Shown piece by piece: positions 1-7,931 of a stretch of 32,000 nt of DNA. Where the stretch lies: the NCBI RefSeq assembly GCF_000341395.1, contig NC_020304.1:120001-152000 (forward strand). The letters run 5' to 3'. This DNA comes from Desulfocapsa sulfexigens DSM 10523 (GTDB taxonomy: Bacteria; Desulfobacterota; Desulfobulbia; Desulfobulbales; Desulfocapsaceae). The position numbers and the translations under genes were made by a program. A model generated the notes under the pieces. That model made no database searches. It was not told the DNA's origin and was given only the letters and a program-made list of their open reading frames with translations. Every line of letters begins with the position of its first letter. Positions within the stretch are counted from its first letter, which is position 1.

Positions 1-953
1 CTCCGCCTCGCCAGTTTCAGCTCCAGAACAACCTGTTCATAGGATAAATTCAGGGCACCCAGTTCTTCATTTGCTTCCTGCATGATCTGGGAAAAGGGCT
101 TGATGTCCTTGGGATCCATTGCAAACAAGTCCAGGATCTCACGAGACCTCTCCCCTATGGTATCGATTAATTCGTCAACCCTGCCTCCGGAGACATGCCA
201 TTTATCTGCAAGTCCAGAATGCACCTCAATGGACTTCATGTTGCTGTGTACACTGTGATACATAGCCGAAATCTTGTCCGAGAAATCGAGAAGCATTGCT
301 GAACCCTGAAAATCTTTTCCTGCTTTCGCCGTCATATGATGCCAACGAATGGGCTCACTGATGCATTCAGGTAAATTCCAGGAGCTGAGCAGATAATGCC
401 CAACTTCGGCATGGTCGCAGCCAAACTGTTCTTTCTCGGCGACACTGAGTTTCTCGCCACTGACACGCTTTTGGTCAAGAATGGCCCTGTAGTCATTCGG
501 ATGAGACAGAAAAAGAATCAAAATACCGATATCCTGCAGCAATCCGGTGACAAACAGATCCTGACCTTTGTGCCCGACAGCGCTTCCAAGAACATCCGCA
601 GCCACCGCCGCGGTTATTGCCCGTCGCCAGAAATAATCAAGATTAAAGCTTCCCTGGGGGGCATTTTGGAACTCCTGGACAATGACGAAGGAGAGTGCGA
701 TATTCTTCAAGGCATCAGTACCAATCAATGCTGTGGCCTGAGCAAGAGAGTCAACCGGTTGACTGAGCCCATACAGAGAAGAATTGGCAAGTTTAAGAAT
801 ACGAACACTGAGAGACGGATCGGTACTGATAATCCTGGCCAGGTCATCGAAGGAGTTCTCTTCCTGGCGAACGGCCTCTAGAATTTTTAAGGCTATCGTC
901 GGTGGCGAGGGTAGTCTTACTTTTTCGTCAAAAAAATCCTGAACAGTCGTCAT
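1..953 (-). CDS. HDOD domain-containing signalling protein (N-terminal ~317 codons; the C-terminus lies beyond the window edge)
   Basis: This minus-strand ORF is open from the ATG at 953-951 to position 1. It is absent from the ORF track because it has no stop inside the window. My translation starts MTTVQDFFDEKVRLPSPPTIALKILEAVRQEENSFDDLARIISTDPSLSVRILKLANSSLYG. It continues ..GLLQDIGILILF.. and ..CDHAEVGHYLLSSWNLPECISEPIRWHH.., which is a typical HDOD pattern. A GGAG lies 6 nt upstream of the ATG. The listed + strand ORF 396..881 is antisense to it. Confidence 0.8.
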   Translation of the reverse strand, partial: MTTVQDFFDEKVRLPSPPTIALKILEAVRQEENSFDDLARIISTDPSLSVRILKLANSSLYGLSQPVDSLAQATALIGTDALKNIALSFVIVQEFQNAPQGSFNLDYFWRRAITAAVAADVLGSAVGHKGQDLFVTGLLQDIGILILFLSHPNDYRAILDQKRVSGEKLSVAEKEQFGCDHAEVGHYLLSSWNLPECISEPIRWHHMTAKAGKDFQGSAMLLDFSDKISAMYHSVHSNMKSIEVHSGLADKWHVSGGRVDELIDTIGERSREILDLFAMDPKDIKPFSQIMQEANEELGALNLSYEQVVLELKLARR

Positions 954-1084
954 TCAAAACTCCAGATCAAATTGATTTATATCTCTTTTCACCATATACG
1001 CATCCCTGCCACCTACCCTACCTGCTGCTATTTTCGAGGTCAAACAAAAAGAAGGGAACAGCAAACAGGGGAACACATGAAACA

Positions 1085-3055
1085 TTACTCTGCAAGCCTC
1101 TCCATATTTTCCTGTGCCGCCTCCCACTTCCCATACCAGCGCTCAAGCCTGCGCCCACACTCGTCATAGTCAGCTGAAGTTGCCACCCATGCCTTTTGAT
1201 CCTGATAGAGTTCAGGATCAGCCATCCGGGCTTCAAGGGCTGTTTTTTCAGCTTCCAGTTTCTCCACCATTTTCTCTGCCTCTTCAGCCTGTTTTTTCCA
1301 GGGACCCATTTTTTTATTCTCTTCCCGACGCTTTCTGGCATCCAGCTGACGCTGTTCCTTTTTAGAAAGCTGTGTTCCTGAGACTTCTGTTTCGATAACT
1401 GGTGCTGCCTCATCGGCTGGTTGCTGTTTGTCCTCACCCCCCGCACTATCCGCCTCAATTTTCTGCAGATAATCACTGATATTGCCTTCATATACGTTCA
1501 GCTGACCATCTTTAACCTCAACCACCTTATTCACAAAACTGTCGAGGAAATAACGGTTATGGGAAACCACCAGAATAAAGCCGTCATACTGAGACATTGC
1601 CTCCTGCAGAACCTCCTGGGAGCTGATATCCAGATGGTTCGTCGGTTCATCGAGGAGCATACAGTTCGCAGGAGAAGCTATCATCTTAGCCAGCGCCAGA
1701 CGACTTTTTTCGCCACCTGAAAGAACGGAAACCTTCTTATCCACCTCTTCACCCCGGAACAGGAAGGTTCCCAGCAGAGAGCGTATCCGGGTGATAGTCA
1801 TATCCTTCACAGAGAGCGAAAGTGTTTCAAGGGCTGTAAGTGTTGGACTGAGTTCCTGAGCCTGATGCTGTCCGAAATAGGATAGCTGTACATTGTGACC
1901 AAGTTTCACAACTCCTGAATCGGCATTTATGGCTCCAGCGATAATCTTCACCAGGGTGGATTTCCCAGCACCGTTCACGCCAACCACAGCAACCTTGTCA
2001 CCACGCTGGAATTGGAAACTGATGTTTTTAAAAACCTCTTTGCCATCAAAACTCTTACACAGATTCTCCACCGTGAGCACATCCCTGCCCGAGTCAGGTG
2101 CAGGAGGAAAACTGAAACGAATCTGCCGGTCTTCCTCACCAATCTCAAGAAGAACCATTTTCTCAAGTTGTTTCACCCGGCTCTGTACCTGTTTGGCCTT
2201 AGTGGATTTAGCACGGAAGCGCTGAATAAACTGCATACTCTGTTTAATCTGCGCCTGCTGGTTATCGTAAGCCGCCTTCTCAATAGTCTTCCGCTCCACC
2301 TTCTCCTTCTCATAATAAGAGTAGTTGCCCTTGTAGACCGAGAGTTTCCCAAGGCTCAACTCCCAGGTAGTGGTTGTCACCTTGTCAAGAAAGGCTCTAT
2401 CATGGGAAATAATGACCATGGCACCGTTATAGGAGCGGAGAAATTCCTCAACCCAGGTAAGAGAGGTCAGATCCAGATGGTTGGTTGGTTCGTCGAGCAG
2501 CAGCAGAGAGGGAGCAGCAAGCAGCATTTTGGCAAGCATCAGCCGCATGATCCAGCCACCTGAGAAGGATGATGCCGGTCTGTCCATATCATCCTGATGG
2601 AAACCGAGGCCCAGTAATATCTTTTCAATCCGCGCCCGCATGGTATAGATACCGCTGCCTTCAAGGCGATGCTGGATGTCCCCCTGACGCTCCAGCAGAA
2701 TTGAGAATTCATCCGACTGAGGATCCACGCTGGCAAGATCTTCGTTAATGATGTCAGCCTCTTTTTGCAGTTCAATCAGTTCTGCAAAGGCACTCTCTGC
2801 CTCCTGATACAGGCTTCGTCCAGAAACAAGGGCACTGGATTCCTGGGGAAGATAGGCCACACTGAAATACTTTGAACGACTGAGAACACCGTCGTCGCAC
2901 TCATTCACGCCAGCCATGATTTTCAAAAGCGTTGATTTACCGGCACCATTAACGCCCAGCAAGCCGATTCGTTTTCCGTCGGTTACCTGAATGGAAAGAT
3001 CTTTAAAAAGATGTTTGTCTCCGTAACGGATGTCCAGATGATTAATTGATAACAT
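1085..3055 (-). CDS. ABC-F family ATPase (YheS/Uup-like, translation-associated; no transmembrane domain)
   Basis: 656 aa with an ATG start. It has two complete ABC cassettes. Walker A motifs are GLLGVNGAGKST and AVVGVNGAGKST. Signature motifs are FSGGWIMRL and LSGGEKSRL. Walker B motifs are LLLDEPTNHLD and MLLDEPTNHLD. An inter-domain linker (RFRAKSTKAKQVQSR) and a Lys/Glu-rich C-terminal coiled coil are typical of ABC-F proteins. Confidence 0.93.
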   Translation of the reverse strand: MLSINHLDIRYGDKHLFKDLSIQVTDGKRIGLLGVNGAGKSTLLKIMAGVNECDDGVLSRSKYFSVAYLPQESSALVSGRSLYQEAESAFAELIELQKEADIINEDLASVDPQSDEFSILLERQGDIQHRLEGSGIYTMRARIEKILLGLGFHQDDMDRPASSFSGGWIMRLMLAKMLLAAPSLLLLDEPTNHLDLTSLTWVEEFLRSYNGAMVIISHDRAFLDKVTTTTWELSLGKLSVYKGNYSYYEKEKVERKTIEKAAYDNQQAQIKQSMQFIQRFRAKSTKAKQVQSRVKQLEKMVLLEIGEEDRQIRFSFPPAPDSGRDVLTVENLCKSFDGKEVFKNISFQFQRGDKVAVVGVNGAGKSTLVKIIAGAINADSGVVKLGHNVQLSYFGQHQAQELSPTLTALETLSLSVKDMTITRIRSLLGTFLFRGEEVDKKVSVLSGGEKSRLALAKMIASPANCMLLDEPTNHLDISSQEVLQEAMSQYDGFILVVSHNRYFLDSFVNKVVEVKDGQLNVYEGNISDYLQKIEADSAGGEDKQQPADEAAPVIETEVSGTQLSKKEQRQLDARKRREENKKMGPWKKQAEEAEKMVEKLEAEKTALEARMADPELYQDQKAWVATSADYDECGRRLERWYGKWEAAQENMERLAE

Positions 3056-4049
3056 AGTTCATTGTGCCCCGTTTCAAGGTTTTATCCGTTGTAATCTGCA
3101 ATCGTGACTCAAGTCCCAACTGTTGCAATCGTTTTATATTTGCCCGTTTTGGACCGACAAATGCCGACATATCTCTGTCCGAAATTCGCAGGGAAAGCGT
3201 TTTTCCAGCAGGACAACCGGCAAGCAGTGGTCGCACACGCTTAAACCAGTGGCGTGCCGCCACAAATTCACCAAATGCCGGATGATAGGGACCGGCAATA
3301 AGTTCTTTTTCCAGGCTTTCCGATGCCTGCAGTCCCATTCGCATGATCTGGATTCCAGCATTGCCAAGGCGCTCTTTTGCTATACAGCAAAGAGCGATCG
3401 CCCGTTCCATGCTGAGCGGTCGGTACCTTCCCCTTTGATATTCCCCAGCCAACCCGGAACCACCAATAACCAAGGTTGGATAGAGACGCACAAAATCAGG
3501 ATTACAGCTGATAACACGATGCAGGCCTACAAGAAACGACAGAGTGCTTTCACCCGGCAAACCCGGCATAAGTTGAACACCAAGAGTAAGTCCCTTCTCC
3601 TGCAAGATTGCCATTGCCCGCAGGGAATCGTCACTCGTATGCCCCCGACGGGCCGCCTCAAGGACGCGGTCATCAAGGGACTGTACCCCGAGTTCCACTG
3701 TTTTTACCCCAAACTTCAGCAAAAAATCACAGATCTTTTCATCTATGCAGTCTGGACGGGTAGAAAGACGGATAAACTGCACCGATCCCTTCTCCAGAAA
3801 GGGACGCACCGCAGCCAACAACACCTCCTGACGTTCTTTGGCAAGACAGGTGAAGGAGCCACCATAAAAGGCTACCTGCACTTCAGCGTGCTTCCTGGAA
3901 AAACCAAGCCATTCGTTTATGGTATCTCGGATATACCTGGCATCATCGACCTTTGACGACAGTTTTCCGCTAATGGAGACCTGGTTGCAGAACAGACAGT
4001 GCTGCGGACACCCCTGGTGGGGAATAAATATTGGAATAACGAGGGACAT
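3042..4049 (-). CDS. Radical SAM protein, Elp3/COG1243-like core without an acetyltransferase domain
   Basis: The CxxxCxxC cluster motif lies in IPIFIPHQGCPQHCLFCNQ near the N-terminus. The rest resembles an Elp3-like TIM-barrel (FYGGSFT, VELGVQSLDD, GLPGES). The ORF track starts it at 4076, but that codon is TTG. The first ATG (MSLVIPIF...) is at 4049 and removes the overlap with rnc, so I prefer 4049. The 3' end overlaps the ABC-F start by 14 nt. Confidence 0.85.
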   Translation of the reverse strand: MSLVIPIFIPHQGCPQHCLFCNQVSISGKLSSKVDDARYIRDTINEWLGFSRKHAEVQVAFYGGSFTCLAKERQEVLLAAVRPFLEKGSVQFIRLSTRPDCIDEKICDFLLKFGVKTVELGVQSLDDRVLEAARRGHTSDDSLRAMAILQEKGLTLGVQLMPGLPGESTLSFLVGLHRVISCNPDFVRLYPTLVIGGSGLAGEYQRGRYRPLSMERAIALCCIAKERLGNAGIQIMRMGLQASESLEKELIAGPYHPAFGEFVAARHWFKRVRPLLAGCPAGKTLSLRISDRDMSAFVGPKRANIKRLQQLGLESRLQITTDKTLKRGTMNYVIN

Positions 4050-4056
4050 GGCAGGT

Positions 4057-4800
4057 TCAGGAGGAAAATTTCCCAATCACATCATCAAGACTGTCAAGAG
4101 TTGTCGCCGCTGCCCGCTGCTCCGCCTCCTTTTTGGAACTCCCGGTTCCACTACCGAGTGCTTCTTCTCTGAAGAGAACGGAGACGGTAAAGATCTTCTG
4201 ATGTGAGGGCCCCTCTTCCTCATCTATTCGATAGGATGGAGCCTCATTAAACTTTTCCTGCAGTGCCTCCTGCAGCCGACTTTTGGCATCTGCCATCAAC
4301 AATTCTTCTTTTTTTCCTGCCATATCAGGAACAAAAAATTTATTAACAATCACCGCCACCGTCGGATAATCGCTGTCCTCGAGAATCGCCCCGATAACCG
4401 CTTCGTAGGCACAGGAGAGGATAGAAGACTTATTACGCCCGTTGGATGCGTCCTCTCCCTTGCCAAGGCAGAGAAAGTCACCAAGTTTGAGATTTCTTGC
4501 CATGGTCGCCAGGTGAGTCTCATTGACGAGCGATGACCTGAGGCGGGTAAGTTCTCCTTCACGCATCTCGGGAAAGCGTTTACAGAGGGTGTGCCCAATG
4601 ACAAGATCAAGCACAGCATCACCTAAAAACTCTAGAATCTCATTATTTTTATCAATCTGCGCCTGTTCAAAAGCAAAGGAGGAATGAATCAATGCTTTTT
4701 GCAACAGGCGCAGGTCGGTAAAACGGTATCCAAGGCACTGTTCCAGCACAGCCAGATCATCCTTGTTTCGTTGTACCAGTGTTTCAATATCCATGGCCAT
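4057..4800 (-). CDS. rnc: Ribonuclease III
   Basis: 247 aa with an ATG start preceded by AGAGGAAA. The RNase III signature is NEILEFLGDAVLDLVIGH. A second catalytic region is SCAYEAVIGAIL. The C-terminal dsRNA-binding domain reads GPSHQKIFTVSVLF...GSGTGSSKKEAEQRAAATTL. Confidence 0.95.
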   Translation of the reverse strand: MAMDIETLVQRNKDDLAVLEQCLGYRFTDLRLLQKALIHSSFAFEQAQIDKNNEILEFLGDAVLDLVIGHTLCKRFPEMREGELTRLRSSLVNETHLATMARNLKLGDFLCLGKGEDASNGRNKSSILSCAYEAVIGAILEDSDYPTVAVIVNKFFVPDMAGKKEELLMADAKSRLQEALQEKFNEAPSYRIDEEEGPSHQKIFTVSVLFREEALGSGTGSSKKEAEQRAAATTLDSLDDVIGKFSS

Positions 4801-4807
4801 TTTCCTC

Positions 4808-4835
4808 TTGTTAAAAACATAAACTGTGGTATAAA
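4808..4835 (+). promoter_or_regulatory. Possible sigma70-type promoter for tRNA-Cys
   Basis: TTGTTA (4808-4813), a 16-nt spacer, then TATAAA (4830-4835), ending about 30 nt upstream of the tRNA 5' end. It overlaps the rnc 5' leader on the other strand. This is a pattern match only. Confidence 0.3.
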
Positions 4836-4864
4836 GTGTTGCTCATGCCTACCTGGGCATATTC

Positions 4865-4940
4865 GGCGGCGTAGCCAAGCGGCTAAGGCACTGGTCTGCA
4901 AAACCATGATTCAGCGGTTCAAATCCGCTCGCCGCCTCCA
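4865..4940 (+). tRNA. tRNA-Cys (anticodon GCA), with encoded CCA
   Basis: Manual cloverleaf fold. The acceptor stem GGCGGCG (4865-4871) pairs with CGCCGCC (4930-4936). The anticodon stem/loop is CTGGT-CTGCAAA-ACCAT, with U33 and GCA at 4898-4900. The T arm is AGCGG-TTCAAAT-CCGCT. The discriminator is U (4937) and CCA is at 4938-4940. Total length is 76 nt. Confidence 0.9.
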
Positions 4941-4950
4941 GTAATTGTAA

Positions 4951-4989
4951 GGCGATATTCTGAATATTTCAGGATATCGCCTTTTTTTA
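4951..4989 (+). terminator. Rho-independent terminator of tRNA-Cys
   Basis: A 14-bp stem, GGCGATATTCTGAA / TTCAGGATATCGCC, with one G-U pair and a 3-nt loop (4951-4981). It is followed directly by a T7 run (4982-4988). Confidence 0.75.
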
Positions 4990-5108
4990 TTACGCCGTCA
5001 AATATCTGTATCCCAGATAAAACTACCCTGTATAGCACAAAACGACTGTTCCGGCACCCCTTTCCTTCTTCTGAAATTCCCCTCAAAAAAATACCACAAA
5101 GTTAGAGT

Positions 5109-5136
5109 TTGACAGCGCTAAAATTCTGCCTATACT
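5109..5136 (+). promoter_or_regulatory. Likely sigma70-type promoter for the TPR/cysE/cysK operon
   Basis: A consensus -35 TTGACA (5109-5114), a 16-nt spacer, then -10 TATACT (5131-5136), about 60 nt upstream of the ATG at 5196. Confidence 0.45.
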
Positions 5137-5195
5137 TTTCCTGATAGGAAGATATTTTATATTTCTCCACCACTACGAAAAAGGAAAAATCGCTG

Positions 5196-5822
5196 ATGTC
5201 TGAAAAAAACAATACGGTAAAAAAAGAAACCCTGATTTACGCCCTTTTAATAGGATTTGTTGCAGGTTTTGTTGGTGGTGCCATATTTGCCGTTTACAAG
5301 CTTAGCCCTTCCACCCCGATTGCTGCCCCCGCTCAGGCACAGGCTCCGGACAACGCCCAGCAGCTGGAAAAACAGACAGCAGAGGCCATAGCCAACTTTG
5401 AGGCTGAAGTTACGATAAATCCCAACAATACTGAAGCCTGGATCCAGCTTGGCCACCTCTATTATGACTCTAACAAAGTACAGCAGGCTATCAAGGCGTA
5501 TACCAGGTCCCTTGAACTCCAACCCGGCAATGCGGATGTCTGGACTGATCTCGGGGTCATGTACAGAAGGAACAAACAGTCAGAAAAAGCCATTGAATCC
5601 TTCGACAAAGCCTTTTCGGTCAACCCCGGGCATGAACCTTCACGCCTCAACAAGGGTATTGTTCTGTTGTATGACTTTAATAATCCCGAAGGGGCCATTG
5701 CCGCCTGGGAAGAACTCCTCTCTATCAACCCACAGGCGAAGCTGAACAACGGCAAACCGTTGACTGAAGCTGTAGAGGATATCAGAAAAGAAATGAATAC
5801 CGCCATTCCGGCAAACAAATAG
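5196..5822 (+). CDS. Membrane-anchored tetratricopeptide (TPR) repeat protein
   Basis: 208 aa. An N-terminal hydrophobic helix (LIYALLIGFVAGFVGGAIFAVY) is followed by three or more TPR-like units (AWIQLGHLYYDSNKVQQAIKAYTRSLELQP, VWTDLGVMYRRNKQSEKAIESFDKAFSVNP, ...). AAGGA lies upstream of the ATG. Confidence 0.8.
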   Translation: MSEKNNTVKKETLIYALLIGFVAGFVGGAIFAVYKLSPSTPIAAPAQAQAPDNAQQLEKQTAEAIANFEAEVTINPNNTEAWIQLGHLYYDSNKVQQAIKAYTRSLELQPGNADVWTDLGVMYRRNKQSEKAIESFDKAFSVNPGHEPSRLNKGIVLLYDFNNPEGAIAAWEELLSINPQAKLNNGKPLTEAVEDIRKEMNTAIPANK

Positions 5823-5874
5823 GATGCTTTTTCTATAAACCTACTCTCACAATTCCCTTTGAAAAGGCCTCAAT

Positions 5875-6846
5875 ATGGCAAGCAACGACATTCACATTCC
5901 TGAACACTGTGAACACGAGACTCATACCACTGGTGCTCTCCACGACAAACTCCCACCAGTGGTGGAAACGCTGGTCGCTGCCTGGCAGACCGAGGACTGC
6001 TTTGATCATGTGGGGCCGGTTCCCATCCCCTCACACACCTCGATTATTAATATTATCTACCAGGTACGACAGATATTGTTTCCGGGCTATTTCACCAAGA
6101 CCAAAATCCATGGCTCCAATCTGGAATATTATCTCGGCAAGGAGACCACGGAGCTCTACGAACGATTATCCAGGGAGATCATCATGGCCATCCGCCATGA
6201 CTGCAGGCGTTCCAACCTCCCCTGTACCCATTGTGAAGAAAGAGGGCATCGCATGGCCCTCTCCTTTATTGAAAGCCTGCCAGGAATTTCAGCCCTGCTC
6301 TCCACCGATATTCGGGCAACACTTGCAGGAGACCCGGCAACAGCCAGTACGGATGAAGTTATCTTCTGTTACCCCGGCCTGCTTGCCACCTCCATCTTCA
6401 GAATGGCCCATGAGTTGTACCTCCTTGAAGTACCAATTATTCCCCGGATTATGACTGAACATGCCCACAGCCTCACGGGTATCGATATCCATCCGGGGGC
6501 AACCATTGGTCCCGGATTTTTCATTGACCATGGAACTGGCGTTGTTATTGGAGAGACAACTATCATTGGCTCAAATGTCAGGATCTATCAGGGCGTCACT
6601 CTGGGAGCTCTCTCGCTTCCAAAGGATGCAGGACGGGTGATGCGGGACGTTAAGCGCCATCCGACCATTGAAGATGACGTTATTATTTACGCCAACACCA
6701 CTATCCTTGGCGGGGACACAACCATTGGCGCCAGAACAGTTATCGGTGGAAACATCTGGCTCACCGAATCCGTTCCTTCGGACACCAGAGTTATACTCAA
6801 ACGACCAGAACTCCTCTATTCAGGAAGAAAGGGTGGAACATCATGA
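5875..6846 (+). CDS. cysE: Serine O-acetyltransferase (long-form)
   Basis: 323 aa. The left-handed beta-helix hexapeptide region [41 protein letters not shown]...[19 protein letters not shown] is characteristic of serine acetyltransferase. The stop overlaps the cysK start (ATGA). Confidence 0.9.
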   Translation: MASNDIHIPEHCEHETHTTGALHDKLPPVVETLVAAWQTEDCFDHVGPVPIPSHTSIINIIYQVRQILFPGYFTKTKIHGSNLEYYLGKETTELYERLSREIIMAIRHDCRRSNLPCTHCEERGHRMALSFIESLPGISALLSTDIRATLAGDPATASTDEVIFCYPGLLATSIFRMAHELYLLEVPIIPRIMTEHAHSLTGIDIHPGATIGPGFFIDHGTGVVIGETTIIGSNVRIYQGVTLGALSLPKDAGRVMRDVKRHPTIEDDVIIYANTTILGGDTTIGARTVIGGNIWLTESVPSDTRVILKRPELLYSGRKGGTS

Positions 6847-7760
6847 GCCTGTCACTGACCGATACCACAGGAAATACCCCACTTATATCACTGTCCAAAA
6901 TCTCTGCTCACTGCTGTGCCCGTATTCTTGCAAAACAGGAATCCCGGAATCCCATGGGCAGCGTCAAGGATCGTATTGCACTTGCCATGATTGAAGCGGG
7001 GATACGGGGCGGGAAGATTACAGAAGGTACCACCGTCATCGAGGCAACTTCAGGAAATACCGGATTGGGGCTGGCCTTTGTCTGCGCAGAAAGAAATCTG
7101 CCATTGATTCTCACCATGCCGGAATCCATGTCGCTTGAACGAAGAGCTCTTCTCAAACATCTGGGAGCTCAGCTGGTTCTCACTCCTGCCGCAGAGGGAA
7201 TGAAAGGGGCCATCGCAGCTGCAGAAGAACTTCATCGGAAAACCCGGAACAGTTTTATGGTCAGACAGTTTGAAAATCCTGCCAACCCAGCCATTCACAA
7301 AAAAACCACTGCTGAGGAAATATGGCAGGCGACGGATGGCATAATCGATATTTTCGTAGCGGGAGTCGGAACCGGTGGAACCATAACGGGAGTGCTCGAG
7401 GGATTAAAAGAAAAGAATCCAGAGATTATTGGAGTGGCAGTGGAACCTGCTGACTCCCCAGTACTTTCAGGAGGAAGCCCTGGCCCCCATAAGATCCAGG
7501 GGATCGGAGCCGGCTTTATCCCTGCAATCCTGAAAACTGAGCTAATTGACCAGATCATTACAGTTACAAACGACGATGCCCTGGAAACCGCCAGAAAGCT
7601 TGCAAAACAGGAGGGGCTGCTGGTCGGAATCTCCTCGGGTGCAGCCATGTGGGCAGCGCTGCAACTGGCAAGAGATGAAAGAAACAAGAGTAAAACAATA
7701 GTCACTGTTCTGCCGGATACAGGAGAGCGGTATTTAAGTACCGACCTGATGATAAAGTAA
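6843..7760 (+). CDS. cysK: Cysteine synthase A (O-acetylserine sulfhydrylase)
   Basis: 305 aa. The PLP-lysine motif is NPMGSVKDR. Other family motifs are [16 protein letters not shown] and GISSGAA. Confidence 0.94.
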   Translation: MSLSLTDTTGNTPLISLSKISAHCCARILAKQESRNPMGSVKDRIALAMIEAGIRGGKITEGTTVIEATSGNTGLGLAFVCAERNLPLILTMPESMSLERRALLKHLGAQLVLTPAAEGMKGAIAAAEELHRKTRNSFMVRQFENPANPAIHKKTTAEEIWQATDGIIDIFVAGVGTGGTITGVLEGLKEKNPEIIGVAVEPADSPVLSGGSPGPHKIQGIGAGFIPAILKTELIDQIITVTNDDALETARKLAKQEGLLVGISSGAAMWAALQLARDERNKSKTIVTVLPDTGERYLSTDLMIK

Positions 7761-7931
7761 GCAGATGTTTCCCGAAAAAATGATGTGCTTCTCTATAAAA
7801 AACAAATCGTTTTTGGCCATCTTATTTCCATTGACTTTCCCTGCACCAGGACGTACATAGCACGTAAAGGAACATGAGTTGGCCGAAAAACCAACATAAA
7901 GGTAATATACTAAAATAATTGGAGAAAAAAA

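Noticed and set aside
396-881. A 161-aa + strand ORF from the ORF track
   Set aside because: It lies entirely antisense to a minus-strand reading frame that gives a coherent HDOD-domain protein open to the window edge. The + strand translation has no recognisable motifs.
902-1491. Several short ORFs on both strands (902..1177, 972..1169, 1114..1365, 1196..1381, 1018..1491)
   Set aside because: They overlap the 3' coiled-coil-coding part of the ABC-F gene or the short intergenic spacer. Their translations are low-complexity (Pro/Ser/Leu/Phe-rich), typical of off-frame readings of a Lys/Glu-rich coding region.
2012-3956. Long antisense ORFs 2012..2563 (+, 183 aa) and 3123..3956 (+, 277 aa)
   Set aside because: They lie opposite the strongly supported ABC-F and radical SAM genes. 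They have no motifs and no RBS.
5909-6454. A 181-aa alternative-frame + ORF inside cysE
   Set aside because: The cysE frame carries the diagnostic hexapeptide-repeat region. The alternative frame is Pro/Ser/Arg-rich with no family resemblance.
7814-7829. Sigma54-like element TGGCCA-N5-TTTCC
   Set aside because: The -12 element lacks the invariant GC (TTTC instead of TTGC). No enhancer-binding protein gene is nearby.
7761-7931. Possible lysine riboswitch (L-box) or other leader upstream of kamA; also a 31-codon ORF at 7765..7860 and a minus-strand ORF at 7734..7970
   Set aside because: I could not find the conserved L-box core elements or a multi-helix junction, only a 5-bp hairpin (GTTGG-N8-CCAAC). 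The small ORFs lack an RBS and overlap the ends of flanking genes. A weak sigma70-like TTGACT-17-TACATA is present but is not convincing enough to list as a feature.
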